DNA of 64,000 nucleotides from Mobula hypostoma (lineage: Eukaryota): the NCBI RefSeq assembly GCF_963921235.1, contig NC_086097.1:183460001-183524000 (forward strand). Reading direction: 5' to 3'. The notes beneath the pieces were generated by a model, which had not been told where the DNA came from, did not search any database, and saw only the letters and a list, made by a program, of their open reading frames with translations. Position 1 is the first letter of the stretch. Every line of letters begins with the position of its first letter. Positions 52,603 to 64,000 of this stretch are shown piece after piece. The translations under genes and the position numbers were made by a program.

Positions 52603-55144
52603 TCTTGCTTCAGGCAGGCATGGATAGTTGCATTCGCTGGGGTGGAACCGAACATTGTGCAATCATCAGTAACCATCTCCACTTCTGACCTGATAGAAAA
52701 AGGAAGGATGCTGATGAAGCAGCTGAAGGTAGCTGGGCCTAGAATGTTACCCTAAGGAACTCCTGCAATAAAATCCTGGAGATGGATTGATTGAAGTGTG
52801 TAGCTGAATAGCCTTGGCAAAATGTAAACTGGATATCAGTACAGGGGTCCTTGGTGAATATGTACCTCTTAATAGCACTGTTGGTGATGGCTTCATCATT
52901 TTGCTGATTCATAGTCATTTGATTGGGTGGTAATTAATCAAATTGGATTTGTTCTGCTTATTTTAGGAATAGGACATTGCTGGGCAATTTACCACGTTGC
53001 TCAGTAGATGCTAATTTTATAAATGTACTGAAACAGCTTAGCTAGAGGTACAGCTAGAGCTGGAGAGGGGTGTTGTCTAGTCTCATAGTGTCTGCTGCAT
53101 TTCTTGGCATCATCTGGAGTGAATGTTTTTTTTATTGTAAGTGTAATATGAATGGGCATGTCCCTTATATTAACTTTCTATAGTTTAATTGCCCATTTGA
53201 GGTTTGCACAGGATTTTGTCGAAATCATAGTTGCCCACTTATTTCTTACTGAGCAGAGCCGGCATTGATTTATTGCATGGTTGTTAGCAATGAACTTCAG
53301 TATTTTTTTTGCAAGCTACATACAATGTTCCCACTTTTCTGATGGATTAGTTTGAGTATTGTGATCATCATTCAAACAGGAGCTGGGATATCTGTCATCA
53401 ATCTTGGGCTGTGGTATCACCCTGGCTGCTTAATCTGAAGTAATATGGTCAAGCAACACCTTGCACACTGACATGGGATCTAGCGTGCTGGATTGTTATG
53501 GTGCTTCCTTTTGTAAAACACCAAGCATGCACTTAGTATTGTAGCTGATCTCAAACCATATCTTAAAATTAGGCTAAGTTTCCCAACTATTCAACCCTAA
53601 CAATAACATCACTCAAACAGATTGTATGACAGTCTCTGAAGCACTTTCTAGAGTGTTGTGGACACCAGTGAAGCAAAGGCACTTACTGCTGACCTTGCAG
53701 CCATTGCATCTTGCCAGGAGTGCTGGAAATGGGGTTCTGGTGAGTTTAACAGGAGCGTGGCAACGTCAGCCTATGAAGCGTCAACATTTCTGAATAGAAT
53801 AGATGATTATCTGAGTTTTACCATACTTTGTAAATACCCCCCCTGAAATTCACATTAAAGCAGGTACTGCTATCATGGACACAGATGCCGACATTCAATC
53901 CACTCTGCCCTACTAGATAAAAAAGAGCTATCCTATCTAAGGCTATTTTCTGGCATTGTCAGAGTTATTGCAAATCACAGCTTTTCAAGTTCTTTTTTCT
54001 GCCTCTCCCACACTCTCAGGCAGTGATTTTTACATAACCTACACTAACTAGGGGAGAAAAGAATCATCAACTTTCCTCTAATTATTCTACTGATTACTTT
54101 AAACTATACAATAATCTACACTTAAGTCTTTAGTGGTGCTGGGCTAATGGATTTTCCAGTCTATTGGATGTTATTCTTATTAAAACCGCAACATAGGAAT
54201 CTGGTCTCTGCTCACTTTAAGGTGGGTGAACTAGAGCTCTATTGGCCTGAAGGAGGACACTGAAACTGGGGCTCCAGTGAGCTGAAGGAATTGCAGGAGC
54301 CAGGTCCCAGTGACTTAAAGGGAGTTGCCAGGTGCCAAACCCTCAGGATTTCAGAATAGTTGGACAGTGGATTATCAGTTTTATTTTGATTTTCTTTTTC
54401 CTCCACTCATTGAAATATGTCTTTCCTACTTATTCTAAATAGACTCTTGAAAATGTCACACTTTTAATTTGTTTCTACTCAGTCTCCTCTGATGCAAAGA
54501 AAACAGCCCTTGTCTTTATATCTTTCCTGTTAAGTAAAAATTTCTAGTTCTAAAGTTCCTGTATTCCAAATAGAATGGATATAGTCCTTCAGCTGAGGTC
54601 TAACTAATGTTTGTACAGTTCTAGCACTTGGGGGTTGCATCGTGCCAGGGGAGTACACAATAAACAGGACAATAATCATAAACTTGGATTAGTTGCCCAT
54701 TGATCCTTAAAGATGTCAGAACAGTTAGGCAAGAATGTTAAAAGGCTTACAAGTTCTACCCTTTATTAGTCAAGTGCTAGAAACCTACTCTTATATTCTA
54801 CTATTCCTTTCATACAAGTAAGTGAGTTTTGAATCCAATTTAGCATTTCCAATTAATCCTACAACATTAGATTTTTTCACAAACTTGCCATCAGGAAGCT
54901 TGTCGAAAGCCTTTCTAAAGTCTATAAAGGTTACATCAAACATGCAGCTCTTGTTGACCTCCTTGTTGCCTTTTCTAAAACTTGTTCTAGCACTTTAACA
55001 TACTGACTGTGCCATGGTAAATGAAGGTTAGAACATAGAACTTATAATAGTAGAGTGGAGAAACAAGATATTTAGCTCACCATATCTGTGCTGATTATGA
55101 TGCTAATCTAAACTAATTCTGTCTGTGTGCACATGATCCATCCC

Positions 55145-57715
55145 TCTATTAGAACAGGAGGGATTAAAGGAGGAGGGGTGGTATCACTACTCAGGGAAAA
55201 TATCACGGCATTGCTCAGTCAGGACAGATTGGAGAACTTATCTAGTGAGTCATTATGGGTGGAACTGAGTGATAAAAAATGTATGACCACATTAATGGAA
55301 CTATATTACAGACCACCCAACACTTTGAGGGACTTAGAGGAACAAAGTTGTCGAGAGATTGCAGACTGTTGCAAGAAACATAAGGTTGTGAAAGTAGGTG
55401 ATTTTAACATATTGACGGGGGCTCCCATACTGTAAAAGGACTAGATGGGATAGAGTTGTCAAGTACGTTCAGGAAAGTTTTCTTAATCAGTATGTAGAAG
55501 TCCCAATGAAAGAGTGTACAAATCTTGATCTACCTTTAGGGGGTGATACAGAGCAGCTGACAGAAGTTTTTGTAGGGGAAACTTTGCATCTAGTGACTTC
55601 TTCTCTGCAAAACTTGGTGCTGTCAGTGACGAGCATGGTGAAAGGTTTCACCAAAACGTTCTGGTCTTGGAGAAACAGTATTAGGGCAACTGGAATCCAT
55701 CAATACTGGCTGATTATTGTTGGACACTTAAGCAGGGAGACTCAGACACTGAGCTCAAAAGAAAATCATCAACAAAATATTTTTAGTTTAGTTGAACTAT
55801 CGCAAAGCATCAGCACTGTTATGCAATTAAGCATATTATATTCAATAAAAGTTTGTTTCTTGTTTCTCCATATTCCTACATGATACAAGTAGTCTGAAAT
55901 TATATTTAAGTTCAGCTTCAAGTAGCCCATGATAAACAAAAAAAAATTCTAACAAAGCAACACTTCCAAAAAAAATTGTTGTCCAGTGAAATTATTTCTC
56001 TGGAAGATCAGAATGATAATCCATATGTGAGGCCAAGAGAGATGCGGGAGATCTTAAATGAATTTTGCATCTGTATTTACTCAGGAGATGGACACAGAGT
56101 ATATATAAGTGAGGCAAAGTGGCATCAACTTCATGGCCCCTATACCGATTATAAAGGAAAAGGTGTTTGCTGGCCAGAGGCAAATCTGGATGGATAAATC
56201 CCCAGGGCCTGACAAGGTGATCCCTCGGATCCTACAGGAGGCAAGTGCAGAAATTGCCGGACCCCTAGCAGAGATATTTAAATCATCCTTAGTGACAGGT
56301 AAGATATCAGAGAATTAGAGGTTGGTCAATGTTGTTCCACTGTGTAAGAAAGGCTCTAAAAATAAACCAGGAAATTGTAGGCCAGTGATTCTGACATCAG
56401 TAGTGGGAAAGTTACTGGAAGGTATTCTGAGGGACTGGATATATGAGTATTTGGATAGATATGGACTGATTAATGATAGTCAGCATGGCTTTGTGCATGG
56501 TAGGTCAGGTCTAGCCAGACTTATAGAGTTTGTGAGGAATTTAGTAGGGAAGTTGATGAAGGCAAGGAAGTGGATTTTGTGTACATGGATTTCGGCATTT
56601 GACAAGGTCCCACCTGGGAGATTTGTCAAGAAGTTTCAGTTGCTTGGCATTCAAAATGAGGTAGTAAATTGGATTAGACATTGGCTTTGTTGGAGAAGCC
56701 AGAGAGTGGTAGTAGATGGTTGCCTCTCCCACTGGAGGCCTGTGACTTGAGGAATGCTGCAGGGATCGGTGCTGGGTCTGTTGTTGTTTGTCATCTATAT
56801 CAACAATCTGGATGAGAGCGTGGTTCACTGGATCAGCAAATTTGCATCTGACACCAAGATTGGGGGTGTAGTGGACAGCGGGGAAGGCCATCGTGGCTTG
56901 CAGTGGGATCTGGACCGGCTGAAAAAATGGGCTGAAAAATGGCAGATGAAATTTAAGGCAGATAAGTGCAGGCAAGATGTTGCACTTTGGTAGGACCAAC
57001 AGGGTAGACCTTACACAGTGTACAGTAGGCCACTGAGGACTGTGGTAGAACAAAGGGTTCTGGGAATACAGGTACATAATTTGTTTTCAGCAGCATCACA
57101 GGTAGATGGGGTCATAAAGAAAGCTTTTGGCACATTGATATTCATATATTGAGTGCAGGAGATTGGATTTTATGTTCAAGTTGTATAAGACATTGGTGAG
57201 ATCTAATTTGGAATATTGTGTAAACACGAGGAAATCTGCAGATGTCCTGCAATAATCTGTAATATTGTCTGCAGTTTTGGTCACCCACCTACAGGAAAGA
57301 TATAAACTAAGTTGAAAGAGTACAGAGAAAATTTACAAGGATGATGCCAGGTACAAGCTTATGAGGGACATAGATAGATAGGGTAAATGTAAGTAGGCTT
57401 TTTTCACTGAGGTTGGGTGGGACTACAAGTAGAGGCCATTGGTTAAGGGTGAAAGGCAAAACGTTTAAGGGCAACGTGAGGGAAAACCTTCAGCAGGAGG
57501 GTCATGAGAGTGTGGAACGAGCTGCCAGCACAAGTGGTGCATGTAAGCTCGATTTCAACATTTAAGAGAAGCCTGGATAGGTACGTGGATGGTAGGGGTA
57601 TGGAGGGCTATAGTTCTGGTGCAGGTTGATGGGAGTAGTCAGTTTAAATGGTTCGACACTGATTAGATGGGCCAAAGGGCCTGTTTCTGTGTTGTACTTT
57701 TCAATGGTTCTATGC
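55145..57715 (+). mobile_element. CR1, decayed
   Basis: YYRPPN, DKSPGPD, QHGF and KFASDTK motifs plus tail. Confidence 0.88.
55594..55988 (+). mobile_element. Tc1/mariner ISRm11-type transposon, 3' fragment
   Basis: DFFSAKLGAVSDEHGERFHQ..GNWNPSILADYCW. Ends TTGTTGTCCAGTG. Confidence 0.78.
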
Positions 57716-60430
57716 CCTACTGGTTCATTTGTCTGAATTACTTTTAATTGTTGTTATTGTATTGACTTCTACAACCTCATCTGAAGCGTATTTCGGGTAT
57801 TACCTATCCACTGTGTGGAAAAATAAACTTTCCTCACACATCACCTTTAAATTTCCCTATCTTATCTTACATTTATGTCCTCTAGTGCTTAACTTTTTCA
57901 CCCTGGAAACAAGGTTCTATCTATACATCTCATAATTTTAAGTACCATCAGATTGCCCCTTAGCCTCTGACACTTCAACAGAATTAGACCAATTTTGTGC
58001 AAGTTCTTCTTAATAATACACTCCAATCCAAGAAACACACTGCTAATCCTCTTCTGCGTCTTCTCCCATGTCTCCACTCCCTTCCTACAATGTGACCAGA
58101 ACTGCACACAATACCAAATATTTCATACAACTGTATGTTGTCTTCCCTATTGTTATACTCAGTGAAGTCAAGGGGACAGGCATATCTCTGAGAATTTGCC
58201 CCTTGATTCCAATAATTGGCCATCACTAAAATTAAACTTACTGGCCTGTAAATATTCAGTATAATGCTTCATTTTTAATCAAGGCCATAAATTCTACCCA
58301 GGGAGGATTGCAAAATGATGGTCAGAGCTTCTGAAATTTTCTTCTTTGCTTTTTTCTGATGATCTAGGATATATTTCATCTTGGCTGGATGCTGCCTCCA
58401 CTTTCAATAATGCTTAATTCCCTTGTTTTCATCCAACATTTTATGTTCCTCCTCCTTTGCTTCCACATGCAGGTTACTTCTTGGATCTCTCTTTCCTTAG
58501 GTTTTGTCTTCTCGGAACAACACAAGAACATAAGAAATAGGAGCAGGAGTAGGCCATCTGGCCCATCGAGCCTACCCCGCCATTCAATAAAATCATGGCT
58601 GATCTGACCATGGACCCATCTCCACCTACCTGCCTTTTCCCCATAACCCTTAATTCCCCTACTTTGCAAAAATATATCCAACCTTGCCTTTAATATATTT
58701 ACTGAGGTAACCTCCACTGCTTCATTTGGGCAGAGAATTCCACAGATTCACCACTCTTTGGGAAAAGCAGTGCCTCCTCCCTTCCGTCCTAAATGTACTC
58801 CACCGAATCTTGAGGCTATGTCCCCTAGTTCTAGTATCACCTCCAGTGGAAACAACTTCCCTGCCTCTGTCTTATCTATCCCTTTCATAATTTTATATGT
58901 TTCTATAAGATCTCCTCTCATCCTTCTGAATTCCAGTGAGTATAGTCCCAGGTGACTCAATCTCTCATCATAGTCTAACCTCCTCATCTCTAGAATCAAT
59001 CTAGTAGTAAATCCTTCCTCAAGTAAGGAGACCAGAACTGCACACACTACTCAAGATATGGTCTCACCAGTACCCTGTACAGTTGCAGCATAATCTCCCT
59101 GCTCTTAAATTCAGTCTCTCTAGCAATGAAGGCCAATATTCCATTTGCCTGCAAACCAACCTTTTGTGCTTCATGCACAAGCACTCCCAAGTCCCTCTGC
59201 ACAGCAGCGTGCTGCAATCTTTTACCATTTAAATAATAATCTGATCTTCCATCTTTCCTTCCAAAGTAGATGACCTCACATTTGCCAACATTGTATTCCA
59301 TCTGCCAGACCCTTGTCCACTCACTTAGCCAACCAATATCTCTCTGCAGACTTTTCGTATCCTCTGCACAATTTGCTTTTCCACTCAGTTTAGTGTTGTC
59401 ATCAATTTTAGATACATTACACTCTTCCAGATCGTTAATGTATATCGTGAACAGTTGTGGGTCCAGCACTGACCCCTGCAGCACACCACAGATTGCCAAC
59501 CAGAGTAACACCCATATAACCCAACCCTCTGCTTTCTATTGGTTAACCAATTCCCTATCCATGATAATACATCACCCCAACTCTATGCATCCTTATGGAT
59601 AAGTCTTTTATGTGGCACCTTATCGAACGCCTTCTGGAAATCCAAGTAAATAAATTCCATTCTGTTCCCCTCTACCCACTGCGCTTGTTATATCCTCAAA
59701 GAACTTCAGTAAGTTTGTCAAACAGGACCTGCCGTTGCTGATTCCATGCAGTGTCTGCCTGATGGATCCATTTTTTTTCCAGATGCCTTGCTATTTCTTC
59801 TTTAATGAAAGCTTCAAGCATTTTCCTAACTACAGATGTTAAACTAACTAGCCTATAGTTACCTGCCTTTGCCTACATCCTTCTTTGAACATAGGCATGA
59901 CATCCGCCTTCTTCCAATCTACTGGGACCTGCTCAGAATCCAGAGAACTTTGGTAAATTATCACTAAAACCTCAACTGTAACCTCTGCCATTTCTTTCAA
60001 TACCCTGGGATGCTTTCCATCAGGATGAGGGGATTTGTCTATCTTTAGGCCTACAAGTTTGCTCAGCACTACTTCTTTAGTGACTGCTATTGTATTGAGG
60101 TCCTCATCTCCCATCGCATCCATCTAATTTCTCTTTAGCATGTTAGACGTGTCCTCCACCATGAAAACTGACACAAGATAGTCACTCAAAGCCTTGGCCA
60201 GTTCTTCATAACCCAATATCAATACCCCTGTCTTGTCTTCCAGGTACCCACATTCACTTTGGTCACCCTTTTCTGCTTCATATAATTATAAAACCTTTTA
60301 CTATCTGTTTTTATATTTTGTGTGAGTTTATTTTCATGTCTTCCCTTTCTTTATCGCTCGCTTCATAGTTCTTTGTTGCTTTTTAAAGTTTTCCCAAACT
60401 TCCAGTTTCCCAATTCTTTGGAATTTTTTT
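57715..60430 (-). mobile_element. Two CR1 fragments (older ~57715-58380, younger ~58520-60430)
   Basis: RT and C-terminal motifs. AGAACATAAGAAATAGGAGCAGG tail near 58525. Confidence 0.85.
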
Positions 60431-62309
60431 GACCCCACTAGTTAGTTTTTTTTATGGCCTTTCATACATTCCTAATTTCACATTTAATTTACTCCAGCAC
60501 TTTCTATATTTTTTCAAGCATTCTGCAGAGTCCCTAATTTCCGTTGATCATGGTGGAGAAGGCTGCAGGCAGCACAGTTTTGTGCAAGGAGGCGAATCAC
60601 TGACAGGAACTTTGGAATACTCCATTAAACTCTGTATAGGAACAACTAGCAATTGCTGGCAGTTAATTCTACAGTAATAAAACTGAATGCTTGTAGATTT
60701 GCTGGCATTACTATAGCTACCATGTGTTGCTACTATGCACGTTGATCTGTGCAAAATTTCATTTGTTTTTCACAACATATCATTCAATGATCTTTATAGT
60801 AATTCGTTGTGAGTGAAACACTAATGTAAGCTTTCTTTCATAAACTACAAGTGCTGAAATCAATAGCATGACCAAGAGATGGTGCTATTGTATTTTCTAA
60901 TAGGAACACTTAGCAGACATCCTTTGTTACAATATTTACTTAATTTTCCAAAGTTATGTCAGAGGTTCTTTGTGTAACTTCAGATTTTCCTTTTTGGTTT
61001 CTTCATTACTGCAGAAGAATAAAAGTTGTGTCTAACCGATTGCAGACATTGTCTCATTACCCTGATGCTTCCAGTGTGGGTCATTTTGCCTTAAACTTAT
61101 GCAGCAATGAGGAGACATGGCACACTGCATCTGCTACAAGAATTTCTTCTCCATTCTTTTCCGCAGAAGAGAAAGGCTGTAAGGTATAAATATAAGAATT
61201 AACTAACTGGGATTCCACAAAATTACTTGATTTCTTTTTAGTGGTTTAATTTGTTTAACATTCTTAAATTTAAGAGTAATCTAAATTTTTAAAAGACAAG
61301 ACCCTGGAACTTAGGAGAATGCTTTCATGGGTTGCTGTTGTTAGAGGTGGATTGGTGAAAGAGTTGATGTCAGCTGTTATGTCATTAGCTAAGGGATAAA
61401 AGTCTAACAGGTAGCCTTGTGTGGTCTATAAAGATTTAATTGTTTAAAACACTCAGCAGAATAGTAGGAGGGAACATTATAATTTGTTGAGAATGTAATC
61501 CAACATTGAATCTATTGTAACAAGTCTTTCACTCAGGATGTTTGGAACATATACTCATTTACAGTTCTTTGTTTATAATCTCAATACAACGACAACCTGC
61601 ATTTATCTAGCATATTTGGGTAGCCAGACAGTGAATTTTATTTGCAGAAAGACTGACTCCAAAGTAATAGTAGATTTATAAAGGAGAATGAGTAAAAATT
61701 TATCTAAGGAAATAAGGTTCATTCATTGGGCTGAAGCTTGAAAATCACAGGCAAGATGGTCTTCATGCGTTCTTGTTGTTTGTGCCTGTGTACTGTGGCA
61801 TGCATGTAAGGAATGTGCTGGTGGTCAGATAGTGGTGCATTTGAACTCCCATTTCTCTGCTGGATTTCAGCACTGAGCTTACTCTTCATGTTTGAACTCT
61901 ATAAGTTTCCCACTGGATTTATGCTAGCATATGTAGCAATGCTATATCCATTTGATTATGGTCACTGACATGGGTGGTAAAGGTATTCTTTTTCATTACT
62001 TTAATTAAAATTTTATTTAGTTTATATCTAAACAAATTTGTTTTTTAAACTTTTGAAATAATTCATTTTTAAGTCAAAGCAATCTAGGACCCACAATCTG
62101 AAGTCTCATCACTGCTGCGGGGCTGCTCCATAGAAGAACTTATTAAATTCCCTTTTGAATCTTATTGTTGAATACCAGCATAATAATGCTATATCCTGTT
62201 GAATATGTAATCAAGAAGTGCTTTCACGCCATAATAACTCATTAAATAATTTGAATTCTTTTTTATAACCTCTCCCTGTTTTAGGCTGTGGTTCTCTCCT
62301 GCTTTAAAA

Positions 62310-63620
62310 AGATCCCTATTGTCCTAGTCCCCAAGAAACAACAAGATAACATCACCCAGGGACTCCAACATCTACCATCATGAAGTACTTTGAGAGACAC
62401 ACATCAACTCCAGCTTTCCAGACAATCTAAATCCACCGTAGTTTGTCTACTGCCGAAATAGGCCTACTGCAGATGCCATCTCCTTGACCCTACACTTACC
62501 TCTGGAGCATCTGTATGGTATCTACATCAGACTACTGTTCATTTGTTCTGCATTCAATACTATTATTCCAAGCAAACTCATAATCAAACTCTGGACTTGG
62601 AATTAATCTCTCCCTCTGCAAAGAGATCCTTGACTTTCTGACCAACAGACTGTAATCAGTAAGGATAGGCCGTAACACCTCCACCAAAGTTATTTTAAAC
62701 ACTGCTGCTCCACAAGGTTGCATCCTCAGCCCCCTACTCTATTCCATGTACACTCAAGATGTGTGGCTAGATTCTGTTCTAATTCCATCTACAAGTTTAC
62801 AGATGATACAACTGTAGAGGGTTACTGATGAGTCTGAGTGCAGGAAGGAGGCAGAGAGCTTAGTGACATGGTGTCATGACAACAACCTTTCCCTCAATGC
62901 CAACAAAACAAGAGCTGGTCATTAACTTCAGAAAGAAACGTGGTGCATATGCGCCTACCTACATCAGTGGTGTTGAGGTTGAGAGGGTTGAGAGTTTCTA
63001 GTTCTTAGTAACCTGTCCTGGTTCAGCCATGTTGATGTCATGGCCAAGGAAGCTCACTAATGCCTCTACTTCCTCTGAAGGCTAAAGGAATTCAGCATGT
63101 CCCCATAACTCTTACGAATTTTATCAATGCACCATAGAGAGCATTCTGTCTGTATGACAACTGTTCTGCATGTGGCCCCAGGAAACTACAGAGAGCTGTG
63201 GACACAGCTCAGCACATCAAAGGAACTAGTCTCCCCTTTGTTCACACTTCTCACTGCCTTGGCAAAGAAGCCAGCATAATCAAAGTCCCCACCCACCATG
63301 GACATTCTCTCTGCTCCTTTCGCCCATCGGGCAGCTGATATAAAAGTGTGAAAGCACGTACCACCAGCCCTGAGGACAGCTTCTATTTCACTGTTATCAG
63401 AATCTTGAACAGACCTCTTGTATGATAAGATGGATTCTTGGCCTCACAATCTACCTCATTATGATCTCACATTTTATCATTTACCTGCACTGCACTTTTT
63501 CAGTAGCTTTTACACTTTATTCTGCAATGTCAGTGTTTTCCTTATTCTAGTTCAATGCACTGTGTAATGAAAAGTATGCAAGACAAGCTTTTCACTGTGA
63601 CAATAATAAACCAATACTAA
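62310..63620 (+). mobile_element. Rex1/Babar-type LINE fragment
   Basis: IMKYFER, TADAIS, APQGCILSPLL and KFTDDT motifs. AATAAACCAAT tail. Confidence 0.85.
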
Positions 63621-64000
63621 TCCCAATAATTCTCATGTCATCTGTGGGTTTTGCCAATCATACCATGTCTTAGTTCCTTGTGCCACTGTTAGTTGTTTCT
63701 CCTTAATCTATCAGAACATTTCATTATTTTGAACAATTCTTTTTGCCCTTCCCTGTACAAAGGAGAAAAAGCCCACTTTTTACAACATTTTCTAGTAAAT
63801 GAGGAATTACTTAAGTACTGCTACTTTTATTAAGTCACTTATATACTCTGTCAAAGTCCTTGACATTTGTTGTAAAATCTGGTGTCTATAATTGAACTCT
63901 ATCCTTTAACTGAGGACAAACAGTGTTTTAAAAAGTTTTGGTATAACATTTTTTTAATTGATAGATTATCTGTTATTTTATAAAGCTAAATAGTTTATTT

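Noticed and set aside
52114..52682. Three overlapping Q/S/A/T-rich ORFs, and a possible CRISPR-like array
   Set aside because: A 16-bp period without minus-strand stops opens all three frames. There are no unique spacers, no cas genes and no splice context.
60430..62300. Repeat-poor block with exon-like splice signals (~61015-61183)
   Set aside because: No recognisable protein in any frame. A lncRNA exon or conserved element cannot be supported without alignments.

Overview
Eukaryotic, repeat-dominated genomic DNA. The repeat repertoire (CR1 LINEs, V-SINEs, Penelope elements, Rex1, Tc1) suggests a cartilaginous fish such as a ray; this is inference. One host gene is visible: the first four coding exons of a minus-strand CIBAR1/FAM92A-like ciliary BAR-domain gene (31791-31757, 24600-24366, 10887-10819, 7163-7062), which splice in frame. 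It has a CpG-rich promoter with an RFX X-box-like motif, and a U12 (minor spliceosome) donor after exon 4; the rest of the gene was not found and probably lies left of the window. Nearly all other ORFs are decayed, often nested transposons: CR1, Rex1, L2, Penelope with hammerhead motifs, RTE-derived non-autonomous elements, a Gypsy element with PNMA-like gag, a solo LTR, Tc1, Tigger, ISRm11-type and two hAT elements. The best leads are the hammerheads and a mini-Penelope, a 16-bp minisatellite of RFX-like half-sites, an intronic hAT whose splice donor is in frame with exon 2, and a structured RTE-derived RNA. No novel system is proven from sequence alone. Family calls come from recalled motifs, not database searches, and boundaries of old repeats are approximate.
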